From contig CALHLT010000022.1 in the NCBI GenBank assembly GCA_938034555.1, positions 11,372 through 75,371 on the forward strand: a DNA stretch of 64,000 nucleotides, given 5' to 3'. A model generated the notes under the pieces. It was not told where the DNA came from, made no database searches, and saw nothing but the letters and a program-made list of their open reading frames with translations. Both the position numbers and the translations under genes were made by a program. This stretch comes from an uncultured Bacillota bacterium (lineage in GTDB: Bacteria; Bacillota; Clostridia; Christensenellales; UBA1242). This document shows, in pieces, positions 1 through 9,937 of the stretch (position 1 is the first letter of the stretch; the number at the start of each line of letters is the position of its first letter).

Positions 1-264
1 ATTGCAAAAATTAACACTGGAATTTCGCTTTATGAGCATGTAACTAAAAAGTCGCTTGGAATTGAAATTAAGGACGGGTTTTTGAAAGTTAAAAAGAAAT
101 GTGAATTCGATTTCAAACTTGTTGTTTGTATAAACGGAGAATATAAAAATATTTATGTTCGAAACGGGAACGAAAAACAACTTAAAATTGGCGAAACTGT
201 TTTTCTTAACTGCAACCAAATAAACCTTAATTTGCTTTCAAAACCCGCAACACTTTGTGTTTAA
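1..264 (+). CDS. 3' end of an unidentified protein gene entering from the left edge
   Basis: Frame 1 is open from nt 1 to TAA 262-264 (87 codons). The 82..264 track ORF is only its tail. No motif recognised. Confidence 0.35.
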   Translation: MAKINTGISLYEHVTKKSLGIEIKDGFLKVKKKCEFDFKLVVCINGEYKNIYVRNGNEKQLKIGETVFLNCNQINLNLLSKPATLCV

Positions 265-288
265 TTGCTTTTGTTTTTAAGACTTTTA

Positions 289-297
289 TGCTATAAT
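289..297 (+). promoter_or_regulatory. extended -10 element TGcTATAAT of rarA (leaderless geometry)
   Basis: TGcTATAAT at 289-297 and ATG at 306. Only 8 nt (attcttat) lie between, with no SD. Confidence 0.55.
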
Positions 298-305
298 ATT
301 CTTAT

Positions 306-1577
306 ATGATGACAGAAGAAAAACGAATTCCTTTGGCTCAAAGAATGAGACCAAAAACATTTGATGATTTTGTTGGACAAGAACATATTGCAAAAAAAGG
401 TTCTTTTTTCAGGCGCGCAATTGAAGCGGGAACTCTTGGAAGCGCAATTTTTTTTGGACCTCCTGGAACAGGTAAATCAACTTTGGCAAACATAATTGCA
501 AATCAAAATAATGGAATTTTCAAAAAATTAAATGCAGTTTCAAGCGGTGTTGCCGATGTTAAAAAAATTATTGACGAGGCACGAAAAGACAAGAGTTTGT
601 TTTCGCGCCAAACATATTTGCTTCTTGATGAATGCCACCGTTGGAGCAAGGCTCAAAGCGACAGCATTTTGCCAGCAGTTGAGGACGGAACAATTGTTTT
701 TATTGGAACAACAACCGAAAGTCCATATCATTCCATGACGCCCGCAATTGTTTCAAGATGTATGATTTTTGAGTTTAAACCACTTGAAAAGAAAGATATA
801 ATTAAGGCGCTTAAAAGAGCAATTTCAAGCGAAGACGGGCTTGGGAAATTTGATGTTGAAGTTTCAAACGAAGCCCTTGAACATTTCGCGTTCTATTGCG
901 GAGGGGATTTAAGAAACGCGCTTAACGCTTTGGAACTTGCGTTTTTAACAACACCTCCAGATAAAAAAGGAAAAGTTGTTGTTGACCTTTCCGTTGCAGA
1001 AAACTGTATTCAAAAAAAGGCGCTTTCTGTTGATGAAACAAAATTTTACGATATATTAAGTGCATTTTGCAAAAGCATTCGCGGAAGCGATCCCGACGCG
1101 GCCTTGTTCTATGCTTTCCGCCTTATTAAAGCGGGTTGCGATCCTTTGATTATTGCTCGCAGACTTATTGCGCACTGCAGCGAGGACATTGGAATGGCAG
1201 ATTCCAACGCGCTTTTGCTTGCTTTAAGTGCGCTTGATTCATTAAAAAATTTGGGCGTTCCAGAAGGTCTTTTAAATCTTTCCCATGCAATAATTTACGC
1301 TTGCACGGCGGAAAAATCTAACTCGGTTTTAATCGCAATGGAAAAAGCAAGCGAAATGGCAGAAAAATATGCCGACATGGAAGTTCCTTTCCATCTTCGC
1401 AACCATCCTTCAACAAACGACACGAAAAAAATTAAATATAAGTATCCTCATAACTATGGCGGATTTGTTGCTCAACAATATCTTCCAGACGAAATTAAAA
1501 ACGAGCAGTTTTATGTTCCAAAACAAAATGGACGCGAAAAAAATGTTGTTTTAAAAAAATGGGAAAATAAAAAATAA
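306..1577 (+). CDS. rarA: replication-associated recombination protein A (AAA+ ATPase, MgsA/RarA)
   Basis: Walker A GPPGTGKST, Walker B LLLDECHRW, and a C-terminal MgsA-type region IIARRLIAHCSEDIGMAD. Confidence 0.9.
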   Translation: MMTEEKRIPLAQRMRPKTFDDFVGQEHIAKKGSFFRRAIEAGTLGSAIFFGPPGTGKSTLANIIANQNNGIFKKLNAVSSGVADVKKIIDEARKDKSLFSRQTYLLLDECHRWSKAQSDSILPAVEDGTIVFIGTTTESPYHSMTPAIVSRCMIFEFKPLEKKDIIKALKRAISSEDGLGKFDVEVSNEALEHFAFYCGGDLRNALNALELAFLTTPPDKKGKVVVDLSVAENCIQKKALSVDETKFYDILSAFCKSIRGSDPDAALFYAFRLIKAGCDPLIIARRLIAHCSEDIGMADSNALLLALSALDSLKNLGVPEGLLNLSHAIIYACTAEKSNSVLIAMEKASEMAEKYADMEVPFHLRNHPSTNDTKKIKYKYPHNYGGFVAQQYLPDEIKNEQFYVPKQNGREKNVVLKKWENKK

Positions 1578-1607
1578 AAACGCCAAATGGCGTTTTTTTA
1601 ACTCACT

Positions 1608-2302
1608 TTATAAATCCATACCAATATCTTGATAGTTGAAATTTTGTTTTTTTGGAGTTTGCTTTCTGCAAGAACAAGGAGTGATAATTCTAAATGATGA
1701 AATACCTTTTGTTTCTGGGTGTTTCTTTTCAAAGTTTTGAACTGTTTCGTAGATTAATTCTTTGTTTTTAAAATCTTCGTCAAAAGTGAAAATGTTTGTT
1801 CCCGCGAAAATGCTTTCTGAAAAAATTCGAGCGTCGTGGTCGTGATTTTTATTGTGGTTTCCAACGAAAGGAAATTCAGTTTTAGGGTATTCATGTCCGT
1901 CGTGAACTTTTGTTCTAACAATTGGGGTTAAAAGGTCTTTTGTAAGTTCGTCGATTAACATTTGTTCTTTTTCCGTGAATGCAACATGTTCAACGCAAAA
2001 GTTATGGAAGAATTCGTTTGGACCGTTTTTTGAAAATTTAATGCGTGTGTCAAAAATTTCAGAAAGAACAGTTGGAGTTATAACAAATCGCAATTCGCCG
2101 CGATAGGCTTGTTTAAGTTTCCTTAAAAGCGAGGCAAGTTTCTTTTAGATTGACCATTTGGATATAACATATTAATGTTTATTTTTTGGACATCAATTCC
2201 AAATTTTTTTTGAACTTCATCAATTTTCTTAACTAACCCTAACACCGAGCAAAGCGCGTTGTTATCAATTGCAAGGCGAACGGGATTTTTCTTTTTTTCC
2301 AT
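1608..2302 (-). pseudogene. PIN-domain protein gene interrupted by a 1-nt frameshift (or assembly error)
   Basis: A 59-aa ORF 2123..2302 (MEKKKNPVRLAIDNNAL...) carries the first PIN Asp. The track ORF 1608..2093 carries the remaining PIN acidic motifs (ITPTVLSEI, DHDARIFSES, TFDEDF). The two frames join if one A is added to the A4 run at 2143-2146. Confidence 0.55.
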
Positions 2303-2308
2303 ATTAAT

Positions 2309-2337
2309 ATTCTATTCGAAAACTCCTTTTTTGTCAA
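2309..2337 (-). promoter_or_regulatory. sigma-A type promoter of the PIN gene, leaderless geometry
   Basis: Minus strand reads TTGACA (2337-2332), a 17-nt spacer, TAGAAT (2314-2309), 6 nt, then ATG at 2302. Confidence 0.6.
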
Positions 2338-2369
2338 GACTAAAAAAAATAACTGCAAAATTTTTGCAG

Positions 2370-3095
2370 CTAAATTTTTGGCTGAAACCCTTCAAAAATT
2401 ATGTTGTCGCAATATTTAACAACTTTCATATATTCTTCTTGTGAGCGAACTGTCCAGGCAAGAAGGGGAAGATTTTTACATTTTCTAACATATCTGTTTG
2501 GTAAGTTTTGCGCTTGATATGCAATGAAGTCTGGGTGGGTTACGTTGTTAAGAAGCATTTTCTTTAACGCAATTTTTTTGAAAAATCCAAGTTTTTCGTT
2601 TTTAAGAAAAGACGAAAGTTGCCCGCGAATTATGCTTGGGGCATTGTCTTTAAACCATTTTAAAACAAATGGATTAAAACTCATAATTGCAAATTCGCCG
2701 TTATAGTTTCTTAAAATTTCCAAAACTTGGCTTTCAAGTTTCCCAGGTTTTTCGGTGTTCTTAATCTCAATTATAATTGGTGTTCGCCCTGCAATTAAGT
2801 TAAGAGCCTCTTCAAAAGTTGGAATTGTTTCTTTTGTTCCGTTAAGAAAACACGCAGAAAGATCTTCTTTTAAAAGATATTTAACATAGCCGTCTTGCCC
2901 AGTTAGGCGCGAAAGACTGCTGTCGTGGAAAACAACAACTGTTCCGTCGGCAATTTGTTGAACATCAAGTTCAATAACATATCCGTTTTCAATTGCTTTT
3001 TCAAAAGCAGAAAGAGAATTTTCGGCAGATTGTTCATCGTGCAAACCGCGGTGGGCAACATATTTTTCAACAAGCCATGATTTAAAAAGTTCCAT
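2370..3095 (-). CDS. glycerophosphodiester phosphodiesterase (GDPD family)
   Basis: [23 protein letters not shown] and [13 protein letters not shown] are typical GlpQ/UgpQ-type motifs. A hairpin plus T-run follows the stop. Confidence 0.85.
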   Translation of the reverse strand: MELFKSWLVEKYVAHRGLHDEQSAENSLSAFEKAIENGYVIELDVQQIADGTVVVFHDSSLSRLTGQDGYVKYLLKEDLSACFLNGTKETIPTFEEALNLIAGRTPIIIEIKNTEKPGKLESQVLEILRNYNGEFAIMSFNPFVLKWFKDNAPSIIRGQLSSFLKNEKLGFFKKIALKKMLLNNVTHPDFIAYQAQNLPNRYVRKCKNLPLLAWTVRSQEEYMKVVKYCDNIIFEGFQPKI

Positions 3096-3184
3096 GATTT
3101 TTTTTGTTTCCTTTTATGTATATCTTAATCATAACACAAAAATTTATAACTCGAAAACTATTTTGCAAAAGATTGGAAAAAAAC

Positions 3185-3213
3185 TTGGCGAAAAATTGCG
3201 TTTATTTTATAAT
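3185..3213 (+). promoter_or_regulatory. lepA promoter, leaderless geometry
   Basis: TTGGCG (3185-3190), 17 nt, TATAAT (3208-3213), 9 nt, then ATG 3223. No SD. Confidence 0.6.
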
Positions 3214-3222
3214 ATAGCCAAT

Positions 3223-5031
3223 ATGAACGACAGAATGAGCAAAATTCGCAACTTTTCAATTGTTGCACATATCGACCACGGGAAAAGCACCCTTGCCGAC
3301 AGACTTTTGGAGGAAACAAAAACTGTTGCTAAGCGCGACATGGAAAACCAACTTCTCGACAGTATGGATTTGGAGCGCGAAAGAGGAATAACAATTAAAT
3401 TAACTCCAACGAGAATGAAATATGTTAAAGACGGGGTTGAGTATACTTTAAATTTAATCGACACGCCAGGGCACGTTGACTTCACCTATGAAGTTTCGCG
3501 CTCTCTTGCCGCATGCGAAGGAGCAATTTTGATTGTTGACGCTGCGCAAGGAGTTGAGGCGCAAACGCTTGCAAATTGCTATCTTGCGCTTGATAATAAC
3601 CTTGAAATTTTGCCTGTTATTAACAAAATTGACCTTCCAAGCGCCGATGTTCCAAGAACAAGAAAGGAAATTGAAGATGTAATTGGGCTTGACGCAGAAA
3701 ATGCACCTGCAATTTCCGCAAAAGAAGGAACAAACATAAAAGATGTTCTCGACATGATTGTTTCCCAAGTTCCGCCGCCAAAAGGGGACGAAAATGCGCC
3801 GCTTAAAGCGCTTATTTTCGACAGTGTTTATGACAATTTTAAAGGCGCAATTTGCATTGTTCGAATTATGGACGGAAGCGTTAAAATTGGAACAAAAATT
3901 CAAATGATGGAAACAAAAAAGGTTTTTGAAGTAACCGAAGTTGGCGTTTTCACTCCTCATATGCAACAAACCGAAGTTTTGCAAGCCGGAGATGTTGGAT
4001 ATATAACCGCAAGCATTAAAAATGTTTCGGAAACAAAGGTTGGCGACACAATAACCGATTTTGAAAACCCAGCGTCTCAGGCTCTTCCAGGCTATAAATC
4101 TGTCCAACCAGTTGTTTTCAGCGGGATTTTCCTTGTTGATGGTTCAAGATATGGCGACCTTAAAGACGCGCTTGAAAAACTTAAACTTAACGATGCGTCC
4201 TTAACATTCACGCCCGAAAATTCAATGGCTCTTGGATTTGGCTTTAGATGTGGCTTCCTTGGGCTTTTGCACATGGAAATTATAACCGAACGCCTTGAAC
4301 GCGAATTTAATTTGGATTTAATAACAACAGCGCCTGGCGTTGCCTATCATGTTTATAAAACAAACGGCGATATGGTTTCAGTTTCAAATCCTTCGCTTCT
4401 TCCAAAGCCAACCGACATTGAAAGAATTGAAGAACCAATGGTTAAACTCCATATTTTCACGCCGCCAGAATATGTTGGCTCGATAATGGATTTGTGCCAA
4501 GATAAACGTGGGGTTTTCCAAGACATGCAATACATTGAAAAAACGCGTGTTAGAATGGAATATAAAATGCCTCTTAACGAAATGATATACGACTTTTTCG
4601 ACGGGCTTAAATCAAGAACGCGCGGCTATGCAAGTTTAGATTATGAACTTCTTGGGTTTGAACCAAGCGACCTTGTTAAACTTGACATAATGCTTAACGG
4701 CGAAGTTTGCGATGCTCTTAGTTTAATTGTCCATAAAGATAAGGCATATGCAAGAGGAAGAGCAATTGCCGAAAAACTTAAAGAGGTAATCCCACGTCAA
4801 CTTTTTGAAATTCCAATTCAAGCATCAATTGGGAACAAGGTTATTGCGCGCGAAACAGTTAAGGCAATGAGAAAAGATGTTTTGGCAAAATGCTATGGCG
4901 GAGATATTTCTCGAAAGCGTAAACTCCTTGAAAAACAAAAAGCAGGAAAGAAAAAGATGCGCCAAATTGGCTCGGTTGAACTTCCTTCCGAAGCATTCAT
5001 GAGCATATTAAAACTTGACGATAATAAATAA
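3223..5031 (+). CDS. lepA: translation elongation factor 4 (LepA)
   Basis: [20 protein letters not shown] (G1), DTPGHVDF (G3), NKID (G4), and a LepA-specific C-terminal region. The start was moved from track 3094 to ATG 3223 because the promoter lies inside the 3094 extension. Confidence 0.95.
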   Translation: MNDRMSKIRNFSIVAHIDHGKSTLADRLLEETKTVAKRDMENQLLDSMDLERERGITIKLTPTRMKYVKDGVEYTLNLIDTPGHVDFTYEVSRSLAACEGAILIVDAAQGVEAQTLANCYLALDNNLEILPVINKIDLPSADVPRTRKEIEDVIGLDAENAPAISAKEGTNIKDVLDMIVSQVPPPKGDENAPLKALIFDSVYDNFKGAICIVRIMDGSVKIGTKIQMMETKKVFEVTEVGVFTPHMQQTEVLQAGDVGYITASIKNVSETKVGDTITDFENPASQALPGYKSVQPVVFSGIFLVDGSRYGDLKDALEKLKLNDASLTFTPENSMALGFGFRCGFLGLLHMEIITERLEREFNLDLITTAPGVAYHVYKTNGDMVSVSNPSLLPKPTDIERIEEPMVKLHIFTPPEYVGSIMDLCQDKRGVFQDMQYIEKTRVRMEYKMPLNEMIYDFFDGLKSRTRGYASLDYELLGFEPSDLVKLDIMLNGEVCDALSLIVHKDKAYARGRAIAEKLKEVIPRQLFEIPIQASIGNKVIARETVKAMRKDVLAKCYGGDISRKRKLLEKQKAGKKKMRQIGSVELPSEAFMSILKLDDNK

Positions 5032-6182
5032 TGGAAAAAGAACTTTCAATTTATGTGCATATTCCTTTTTGCAATAGTAAATGTTACTATTGCAATTTTT
5101 GCTCAAGAAAAGAAACTTTAACAACTCAAAATCGGTTTTTTAAAGCAATTGAAAACGAAATTAAAGCAAAAAGCAAAAATTTTTCAAGTTTTGTTGTTAA
5201 AACAATCTATTTTGGCGGCGGAACGCCTTCCGTGCCTTCCGAAAAACAAATTGCAAATCTCCTTAAATTAATTAAAAAAAGTTTTAAAATTTCGAAAGAT
5301 TGCGAGATAACAATTGAAGCAAATCCAAATTCGCTTTCGCTTCAAAAACTTGTTGCCTATAAAAAAGCGGGCTTTAACCGCCTTTCAATTGGAGTTCAAA
5401 CATTCAACAAAAAGTCTTTGCTTTATGTTGGACGTCTTCAAACAAAAGAGCAGGCAAAAGAATATAGAAGGAAAGTTATTTCTTGTCTAAACGATGCAAA
5501 ACGTGTTGGTTTCCAAAACATTAGCGCAGATTTCATTTTAGGGCTTCCATATCAAAAAACATTGGAAATTCCTCAATTTTTAAAGCAACTTTCGCCATAT
5601 GTAACGCATTTTTCGTGTTATATGCTTCAAGTTGAAAATGGAACTAAACTATATTCAATGCTTGATGGAAAAGGAAACGAAAACTTGATTTTAGATCAAT
5701 ATAAAAGAGCAGTTAAAACTCTTAAAAGACTTCATTTCCGTAGATATGAAATTTCAAATTTTGCGCGCCAAAACTTTGAAAGCAAACATAACAAAGTGTA
5801 TTGGCAAAGAAAAAACTATGTTGGGTTTGGCCCAAGCGCAAGTTCGTTTTCTTTTGAAGAAAGAACAACAAACACAAATAACTTAAATGAATATATTAAC
5901 TTTTGGGAAAATGAAAATCCAAATTTAATAAATGAACCAATAGCAAAAGAAAAGCTTTCAAAAGAACAGCAGGCAGAAGAAGTTATTTTTCTCTCTCTTC
6001 GAACAGCAAAAGGGCTTAATTTAACTGAATTTAACCAAAAATTTTATGATTTTAACGAAAAAAACGCAAAAACTCTTGAAAAATTAACGAATTTAGGTCT
6101 AATTGAATTTGAAAATGAATTTTTAAAGTTAACTGATAAAGGTGTTTTGCTTGAAAATTCAATTATTGTTGAATTAATTTAA
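5031..6182 (+). CDS. hemW: radical SAM HemN-like protein (heme chaperone HemW family)
   Basis: CxxxCxxC motif (CNSKCYYCNFC) and conserved lepA-hemW synteny. The start overlaps the lepA stop (TAATG). Confidence 0.85.
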   Translation: MEKELSIYVHIPFCNSKCYYCNFCSRKETLTTQNRFFKAIENEIKAKSKNFSSFVVKTIYFGGGTPSVPSEKQIANLLKLIKKSFKISKDCEITIEANPNSLSLQKLVAYKKAGFNRLSIGVQTFNKKSLLYVGRLQTKEQAKEYRRKVISCLNDAKRVGFQNISADFILGLPYQKTLEIPQFLKQLSPYVTHFSCYMLQVENGTKLYSMLDGKGNENLILDQYKRAVKTLKRLHFRRYEISNFARQNFESKHNKVYWQRKNYVGFGPSASSFSFEERTTNTNNLNEYINFWENENPNLINEPIAKEKLSKEQQAEEVIFLSLRTAKGLNLTEFNQKFYDFNEKNAKTLEKLTNLGLIEFENEFLKLTDKGVLLENSIIVELI

Positions 6183-6223
6183 AAAAACAGTCTAAAAATA
6201 GACTGTTTTTTAATTACATGAAT

Positions 6224-7597
6224 TTATCCTTCAACAATTTTTCTGATATGTGATTCAAGTTGGTCAATTGGTAAACGGATTTGTTCCATGGTGTCGCGGT
6301 CGCGAACGGTAACTGTTCCGTTTTCAAGTGTGTCATAGTCGATTGTTATGCAAAGAGGAGTTCCAATTTGGTCTTGACGGCGATAGCGTTTTCCAATTGA
6401 ACCTGTTTCGTCGTAGGCAACGCGGAAATGTTTTGAAAGGGTTGCATAAACTTCGTGCGCTTTTTCTGCAAGGTCTTTCTTAACGAGTGGGAGAATTGCG
6501 GCTTTGAAAGGAGCAATTTTTGGAGAAAGATGCATAATTTCGCGTTCTTCGCCGTCTGGAAGTTTTTCTGTTTCATAACTGTCGCAAATTACGGCAAGAA
6601 TTGCACGGTCGAGCCCATATGAATTTTCAATTATGTATGGAATGAATTTTTCGTTTGTAACAGGGTCGAGATATTGCATTGTTTTTCCGCTGTATTCTTG
6701 GTGGCGTGTTAGGTCATAGTTTGTTCTGTTGTGGATTCCGTTAACTTCGTCCCAGCCAAATGGGAATTCATAATAAACGTCGCACGCTGCTTTTGCATAG
6801 AATGCAAGTTTGTCGTGGTCGTGGAATTTAAGTTTGCTTTCTGGAATTCCAAGGCTCATGAAAAATTCTTTTGAAGCGCGTTTAAATTCTTCATAATATT
6901 TTTCGTCTTGTCCTTGGTGGCAGAAAAATTGATATTCCATTTGCTCAAATTCAATTTGACGGAATGTGAAGTTTCCTGGGGTGATTTCGTTTCTGAAAGC
7001 CTTTCCAATTTGCCCAATTCCAAAAGGAACTTTTGCGCGCATTGTTCTTTGAACATTAAGGAAGTTAACATATTCACCTTGCGCTGTTTCAGGGCGAAGA
7101 TAGATGTCTTGTTGGCTTTCTTTTGTTACGCCGCGGTGGGTTTGGAAAAGAAGATTGAATTCACGAATTGGTGTGAAATTGCTTTTTTTGCAAAGAGGGC
7201 ATGGAACTTTGTTTTCAGCAATGTATGTGTTCATCTCTTCGCGAGTCATTTTGTCTGGGTTAACTTCTTTGTTTGAAAAATCGCTAATTAAGTTATCTGC
7301 TCTAAAACGGGCTTTACATTCTTTGCAATCAACAAGTGGGTCGGAAAAAGAAGCAACGTGTCCGCTTGCTTCCCAAACGCGTGGGTTCATTAAAATTGCA
7401 GCGTCAATTCCATATGAATTTTCGCGCCCTTGAACAAATTTTTCCCACCAAACTTTTTTGATGTTGTTTTTAAGTTCAACTCCAAGAGGGCCATAGTCCC
7501 AAGAGTTTGCCAAACCTCCATAAATTTCGCTTCCTGGGAAAATATATCCCGTGTTTTTGCAGTGTGCAACAATTTTGTCCATAGTTTTATCTGCCAT
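6224..7597 (-). CDS. glyQS: glycine--tRNA ligase, single-chain class II type
   Basis: N-terminus IFPGSEIYGGLANSWDYGPLG, class II core and an anticodon-binding C-terminus. AAGGAG precedes the ATG. Confidence 0.95.
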   Translation of the reverse strand: MADKTMDKIVAHCKNTGYIFPGSEIYGGLANSWDYGPLGVELKNNIKKVWWEKFVQGRENSYGIDAAILMNPRVWEASGHVASFSDPLVDCKECKARFRADNLISDFSNKEVNPDKMTREEMNTYIAENKVPCPLCKKSNFTPIREFNLLFQTHRGVTKESQQDIYLRPETAQGEYVNFLNVQRTMRAKVPFGIGQIGKAFRNEITPGNFTFRQIEFEQMEYQFFCHQGQDEKYYEEFKRASKEFFMSLGIPESKLKFHDHDKLAFYAKAACDVYYEFPFGWDEVNGIHNRTNYDLTRHQEYSGKTMQYLDPVTNEKFIPYIIENSYGLDRAILAVICDSYETEKLPDGEEREIMHLSPKIAPFKAAILPLVKKDLAEKAHEVYATLSKHFRVAYDETGSIGKRYRRQDQIGTPLCITIDYDTLENGTVTVRDRDTMEQIRLPIDQLESHIRKIVEG

Positions 7598-7621
7598 AAT
7601 TTTCTCCTTATTTTCTGGGCA

Positions 7622-7650
7622 ATTATACCATTGTTGAATTTCAATGTCAA
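7622..7650 (-). promoter_or_regulatory. consensus sigma-A promoter of glyQS
   Basis: Minus strand reads TTGACA, 17 nt, TATAAT, then a short leader with AAGGAG. There is no room for a T-box leader. Confidence 0.7.
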
Positions 7651-7658
7651 ACCAAAGA

Positions 7659-7687
7659 TTAACATTTTTTGAAATATATAAATAAAT
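7659..7687 (+). promoter_or_regulatory. promoter of the GlmU-C-like gene, leaderless geometry
   Basis: TTAACA (7659-7664), 17 nt, ATAAAT (7682-7687), 6 nt, then ATG 7694. There is no G in the 20 nt before the ATG. Confidence 0.5.
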
Positions 7688-7693
7688 ATTTAT

Positions 7694-8272
7694 ATGAAAA
7701 ATATAAGCAAAGAAAGTTTAATTTCGCCTCTGGCAAAAATTGATAAAAGAGCAACGCTTGTTGGAAACTGCATTGTTGAAGACGGCGCTGTTATTTTTGG
7801 CGAGTGCTACCTTGAAAACGCAATAATTCGCAAAAACGCTAATATAAAATCAAGTTATATTTCCGACAGCGAAATTGGGCAGGAAACAACAGTTGGGCCT
7901 TTTGCAAACATTAAAGCAAACTCAAAAATTTCAAACAATTGCAGAATTGGAAATTTTGTTGAAATCAAAAATTCAACCCTTGGAAGTTGGACAAAAGCCG
8001 CACATCTCGTTTACATTGGCGACGCGGAAGTTGGGGAAAGAGTTAACATTGGATGCGGCGTTGTTTTTGCAAATTACGACGGAAAAAATAAACACAGATG
8101 TAAAGTTGGAAACGACGTTTTCATTGGCTGCAACTGCAACTTAATTGCACCGCGCAAAATTGGAAACAACTGTTTTATTGCGGCTGGAACAACGCTTACG
8201 CAAGATCTTCCAAACGGCTCGTTTTCAATTGGACGGCAAAAAGATAAGTTTGTTGAAAATAAGAAAAAATAA
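7694..8272 (+). CDS. left-handed beta-helix acetyltransferase equivalent to the C-terminal domain of GlmU
   Basis: Hexapeptide repeats, and AHLVYIGDAEVGERVNIGCGVVFANYDGKNKHRCKVGNDVFIGCNCNLIAP closely matches the remembered GlmU acetyltransferase domain. No N-terminal uridyltransferase domain is present. Confidence 0.7.
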   Translation: MKNISKESLISPLAKIDKRATLVGNCIVEDGAVIFGECYLENAIIRKNANIKSSYISDSEIGQETTVGPFANIKANSKISNNCRIGNFVEIKNSTLGSWTKAAHLVYIGDAEVGERVNIGCGVVFANYDGKNKHRCKVGNDVFIGCNCNLIAPRKIGNNCFIAAGTTLTQDLPNGSFSIGRQKDKFVENKKK

Positions 8273-8333
8273 AGAAAAAAACAGCAATTTTTGCTGTTTT
8301 TTCTTAATAATTTTTGGGGTGACGCCAAAAAAA

Positions 8334-8798
8334 TTATAAATAGGTTTTAAGCGATTCAATGTTGTTTTCTTCAAGTTTTTGAAGCTTTGCAAGAAGATTT
8401 AAAATTTCTTCGTCGGCTCCTGCGTGGTCGCCTTGGTCTTTAATGCAAGTTAAAACGCCCATAAATGTTCCAATTAAAAGCATTTCGGCAACATGGGTTG
8501 TTGATTTATCGGAAATTGTTGACATTTTAATTGAACTCCAAAGCCTGATTTTTTCAAACATATTGTTGTCTTTAATGTCGATGTCATCGCTTTTTGCAAT
8601 CATTTCGCATTCTTCCGAAATGATGTTATATTCGCTTTCTTGCTTCGCAATTTCGCTTGCAAGCGCGTCGCATTTAACACTTGGCAAAATGTTATCGAAC
8701 GATTGAAGAGCAGTTTGAACATTTTGATAGATTGAGGTTAAAAGAAGGGCATTGTTTTCCTTTTGTTTGCACTCATTAGTTTTTTCTTTTTCTTCCAT
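8334..8798 (-). CDS. hypothetical acidic helical protein
   Basis: Long open frame. ATG 8798 is preceded by GAAGGAG, although the spacing is long; ATG 8840 is an alternative start. No family recognised. Confidence 0.5.
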   Translation of the reverse strand: MEEKEKTNECKQKENNALLLTSIYQNVQTALQSFDNILPSVKCDALASEIAKQESEYNIISEECEMIAKSDDIDIKDNNMFEKIRLWSSIKMSTISDKSTTHVAEMLLIGTFMGVLTCIKDQGDHAGADEEILNLLAKLQKLEENNIESLKTYL

Positions 8799-8870
8799 TT
8801 TTTTTGTTTTCTCCTTCGAAATTAGTATTTGCGCACGCATAAAAAATTATTCGTTGCACACCATAAAAAT

Positions 8871-9563
8871 ATGAGAACTTCAACAAAAATTTGGCTTATT
8901 TTAACGGTTATTTCAAACGTCGCCCTTCTATACTTTTTCCGCCCTATGCTCGACACAATTAAATATGGAGCAGCGGGGCTGTATTTCGAGTTTACATGGG
9001 AAAGTTATGTTGGACTTGCAATGTTTGTTCTTGCAAACGTTGCCGGAACAATTGTTTTTGTCCGCTTCATTCGCGTCCAGCCGCTTAATCGCCAAATTTT
9101 CTTTTCAACAATCCCTCCAACTTCAACTTTTGTTTTTCTTATGCTTTTCTTCTTCACAATAACAATGCGCGAGCAAACCGACATCGTAACTGCCGTTCGT
9201 GTTGGGCTTGGAATTGGCGACCCAACAACGCGCTATATTTGGATGATTGTTATTGTTGCTGTTTATGTTCTTTTCCTATATTTAACCTACAGCGGGCTTT
9301 CAAAGCCAGTTAGAAAAATTGAAAAAGTTGTTGAAAAACTTAGAAACGGGAAAACAAAAACTCCAATTAAAGTTGGAAACAGCAAACAATTTCAAGAAAT
9401 TGAATCCGACTTAAATCAAATTAACGAAAACTATAAAGAGCAGGAGAGAATTCTTCAAAAACTTATGCCAGAGCATAACGAAATTTCAATTCAAAACAAA
9501 CAAATTGTTGAAAAAATTGACCCCACTTCTTCAAAAATTCAAAAAACACACAAAACGAAATAA
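8871..9563 (+). CDS. multi-pass membrane protein with a HAMP-like cytoplasmic segment
   Basis: Four to five hydrophobic helices are followed by the amphipathic segment LSKPVRKIEKVVEKLRNG...FQEIESDLNQINENYKEQE. No output domain. Start uncertain (ATG 8871 or TTG 8829). Confidence 0.45.
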   Translation: MRTSTKIWLILTVISNVALLYFFRPMLDTIKYGAAGLYFEFTWESYVGLAMFVLANVAGTIVFVRFIRVQPLNRQIFFSTIPPTSTFVFLMLFFFTITMREQTDIVTAVRVGLGIGDPTTRYIWMIVIVAVYVLFLYLTYSGLSKPVRKIEKVVEKLRNGKTKTPIKVGNSKQFQEIESDLNQINENYKEQERILQKLMPEHNEISIQNKQIVEKIDPTSSKIQKTHKTK

Positions 9564-9597
9564 CATTTTGTGTATTTTTATTTTTATTTTTATTTTT
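9548..9597 (+). terminator. intrinsic terminator with an (ATTTTT)x4 tail
   Basis: An 8-bp stem ACACAAAA / TTTTGTGT (9548-9555, 9566-9573) has the stop codon in its loop, followed by four ATTTTT units at 9574-9597. Confidence 0.6.
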
Positions 9598-9937
9598 CTT
9601 CTGCAATGCAAATTGCTGTTGCAATTGTCTTAGAGTGGGAAATTGAAAGGTCAATCGACTTAAATTTTTCATTAAAATTTTCAAGATATTTTTCGCTCAA
9701 TTCAACCTTTGGTCTTCCTGTTTCATCGTGGGAAATTGTTATGTTATGAGGAGAAAATTGCTTCTCACAAAGCGCTTTAAAAACCGCTTCTTTTGCGCAA
9801 AAAAGCCCTGCAATTCTCTCAGTTGGGTTTTCAAATTTGCTAACATATTCAATTTCGCTTTCGTTTAAAAAACTTTTAAGGAATTTTTCGTCTGTTTTAA
9901 CACGGCTTGTTTCTAAAACATCAATTCCAACTTTCAT
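9590..9937 (-). CDS. acpS: holo-[acyl-carrier-protein] synthase
   Basis: MKVGIDVLETSR start and a C-terminal ...LSISHSKTIATAICIAE. AAGGAG lies 6 nt before ATG 9937. Confidence 0.8.
   Translation of the reverse strand: MKVGIDVLETSRVKTDEKFLKSFLNESEIEYVSKFENPTERIAGLFCAKEAVFKALCEKQFSPHNITISHDETGRPKVELSEKYLENFNEKFKSIDLSISHSKTIATAICIAEEK

Noticed and set aside
3094-3222. N-terminal extension of the lepA track ORF. Similar extensions occur at 34026, 36937, 41027, 51754, 21440, 14800, 18646 and 15973.
   Set aside because: The extensions run through the genes' own promoters or SD sites and encode low-complexity hydrophobic sequence. Internal ATGs have proper SD or -10 geometry and match conserved N-termini.
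3454-4107. 217-aa antisense ORF inside lepA. Similar shadow ORFs occur at 15174..15671, 42912..43514, 48097..48504 and 23230..23631.
   Set aside because: They lie entirely within well-supported conserved genes on the opposite strand. They have no start signals and their composition is typical of antisense frames in AT-rich DNA.
9574-9597. (ATTTTT)x4 tandem repeat as a CRISPR-like or VNTR element.
   Set aside because: It has only four 6-nt units sitting directly after a terminator stem between convergent genes. It is best explained as an extended U-tract.
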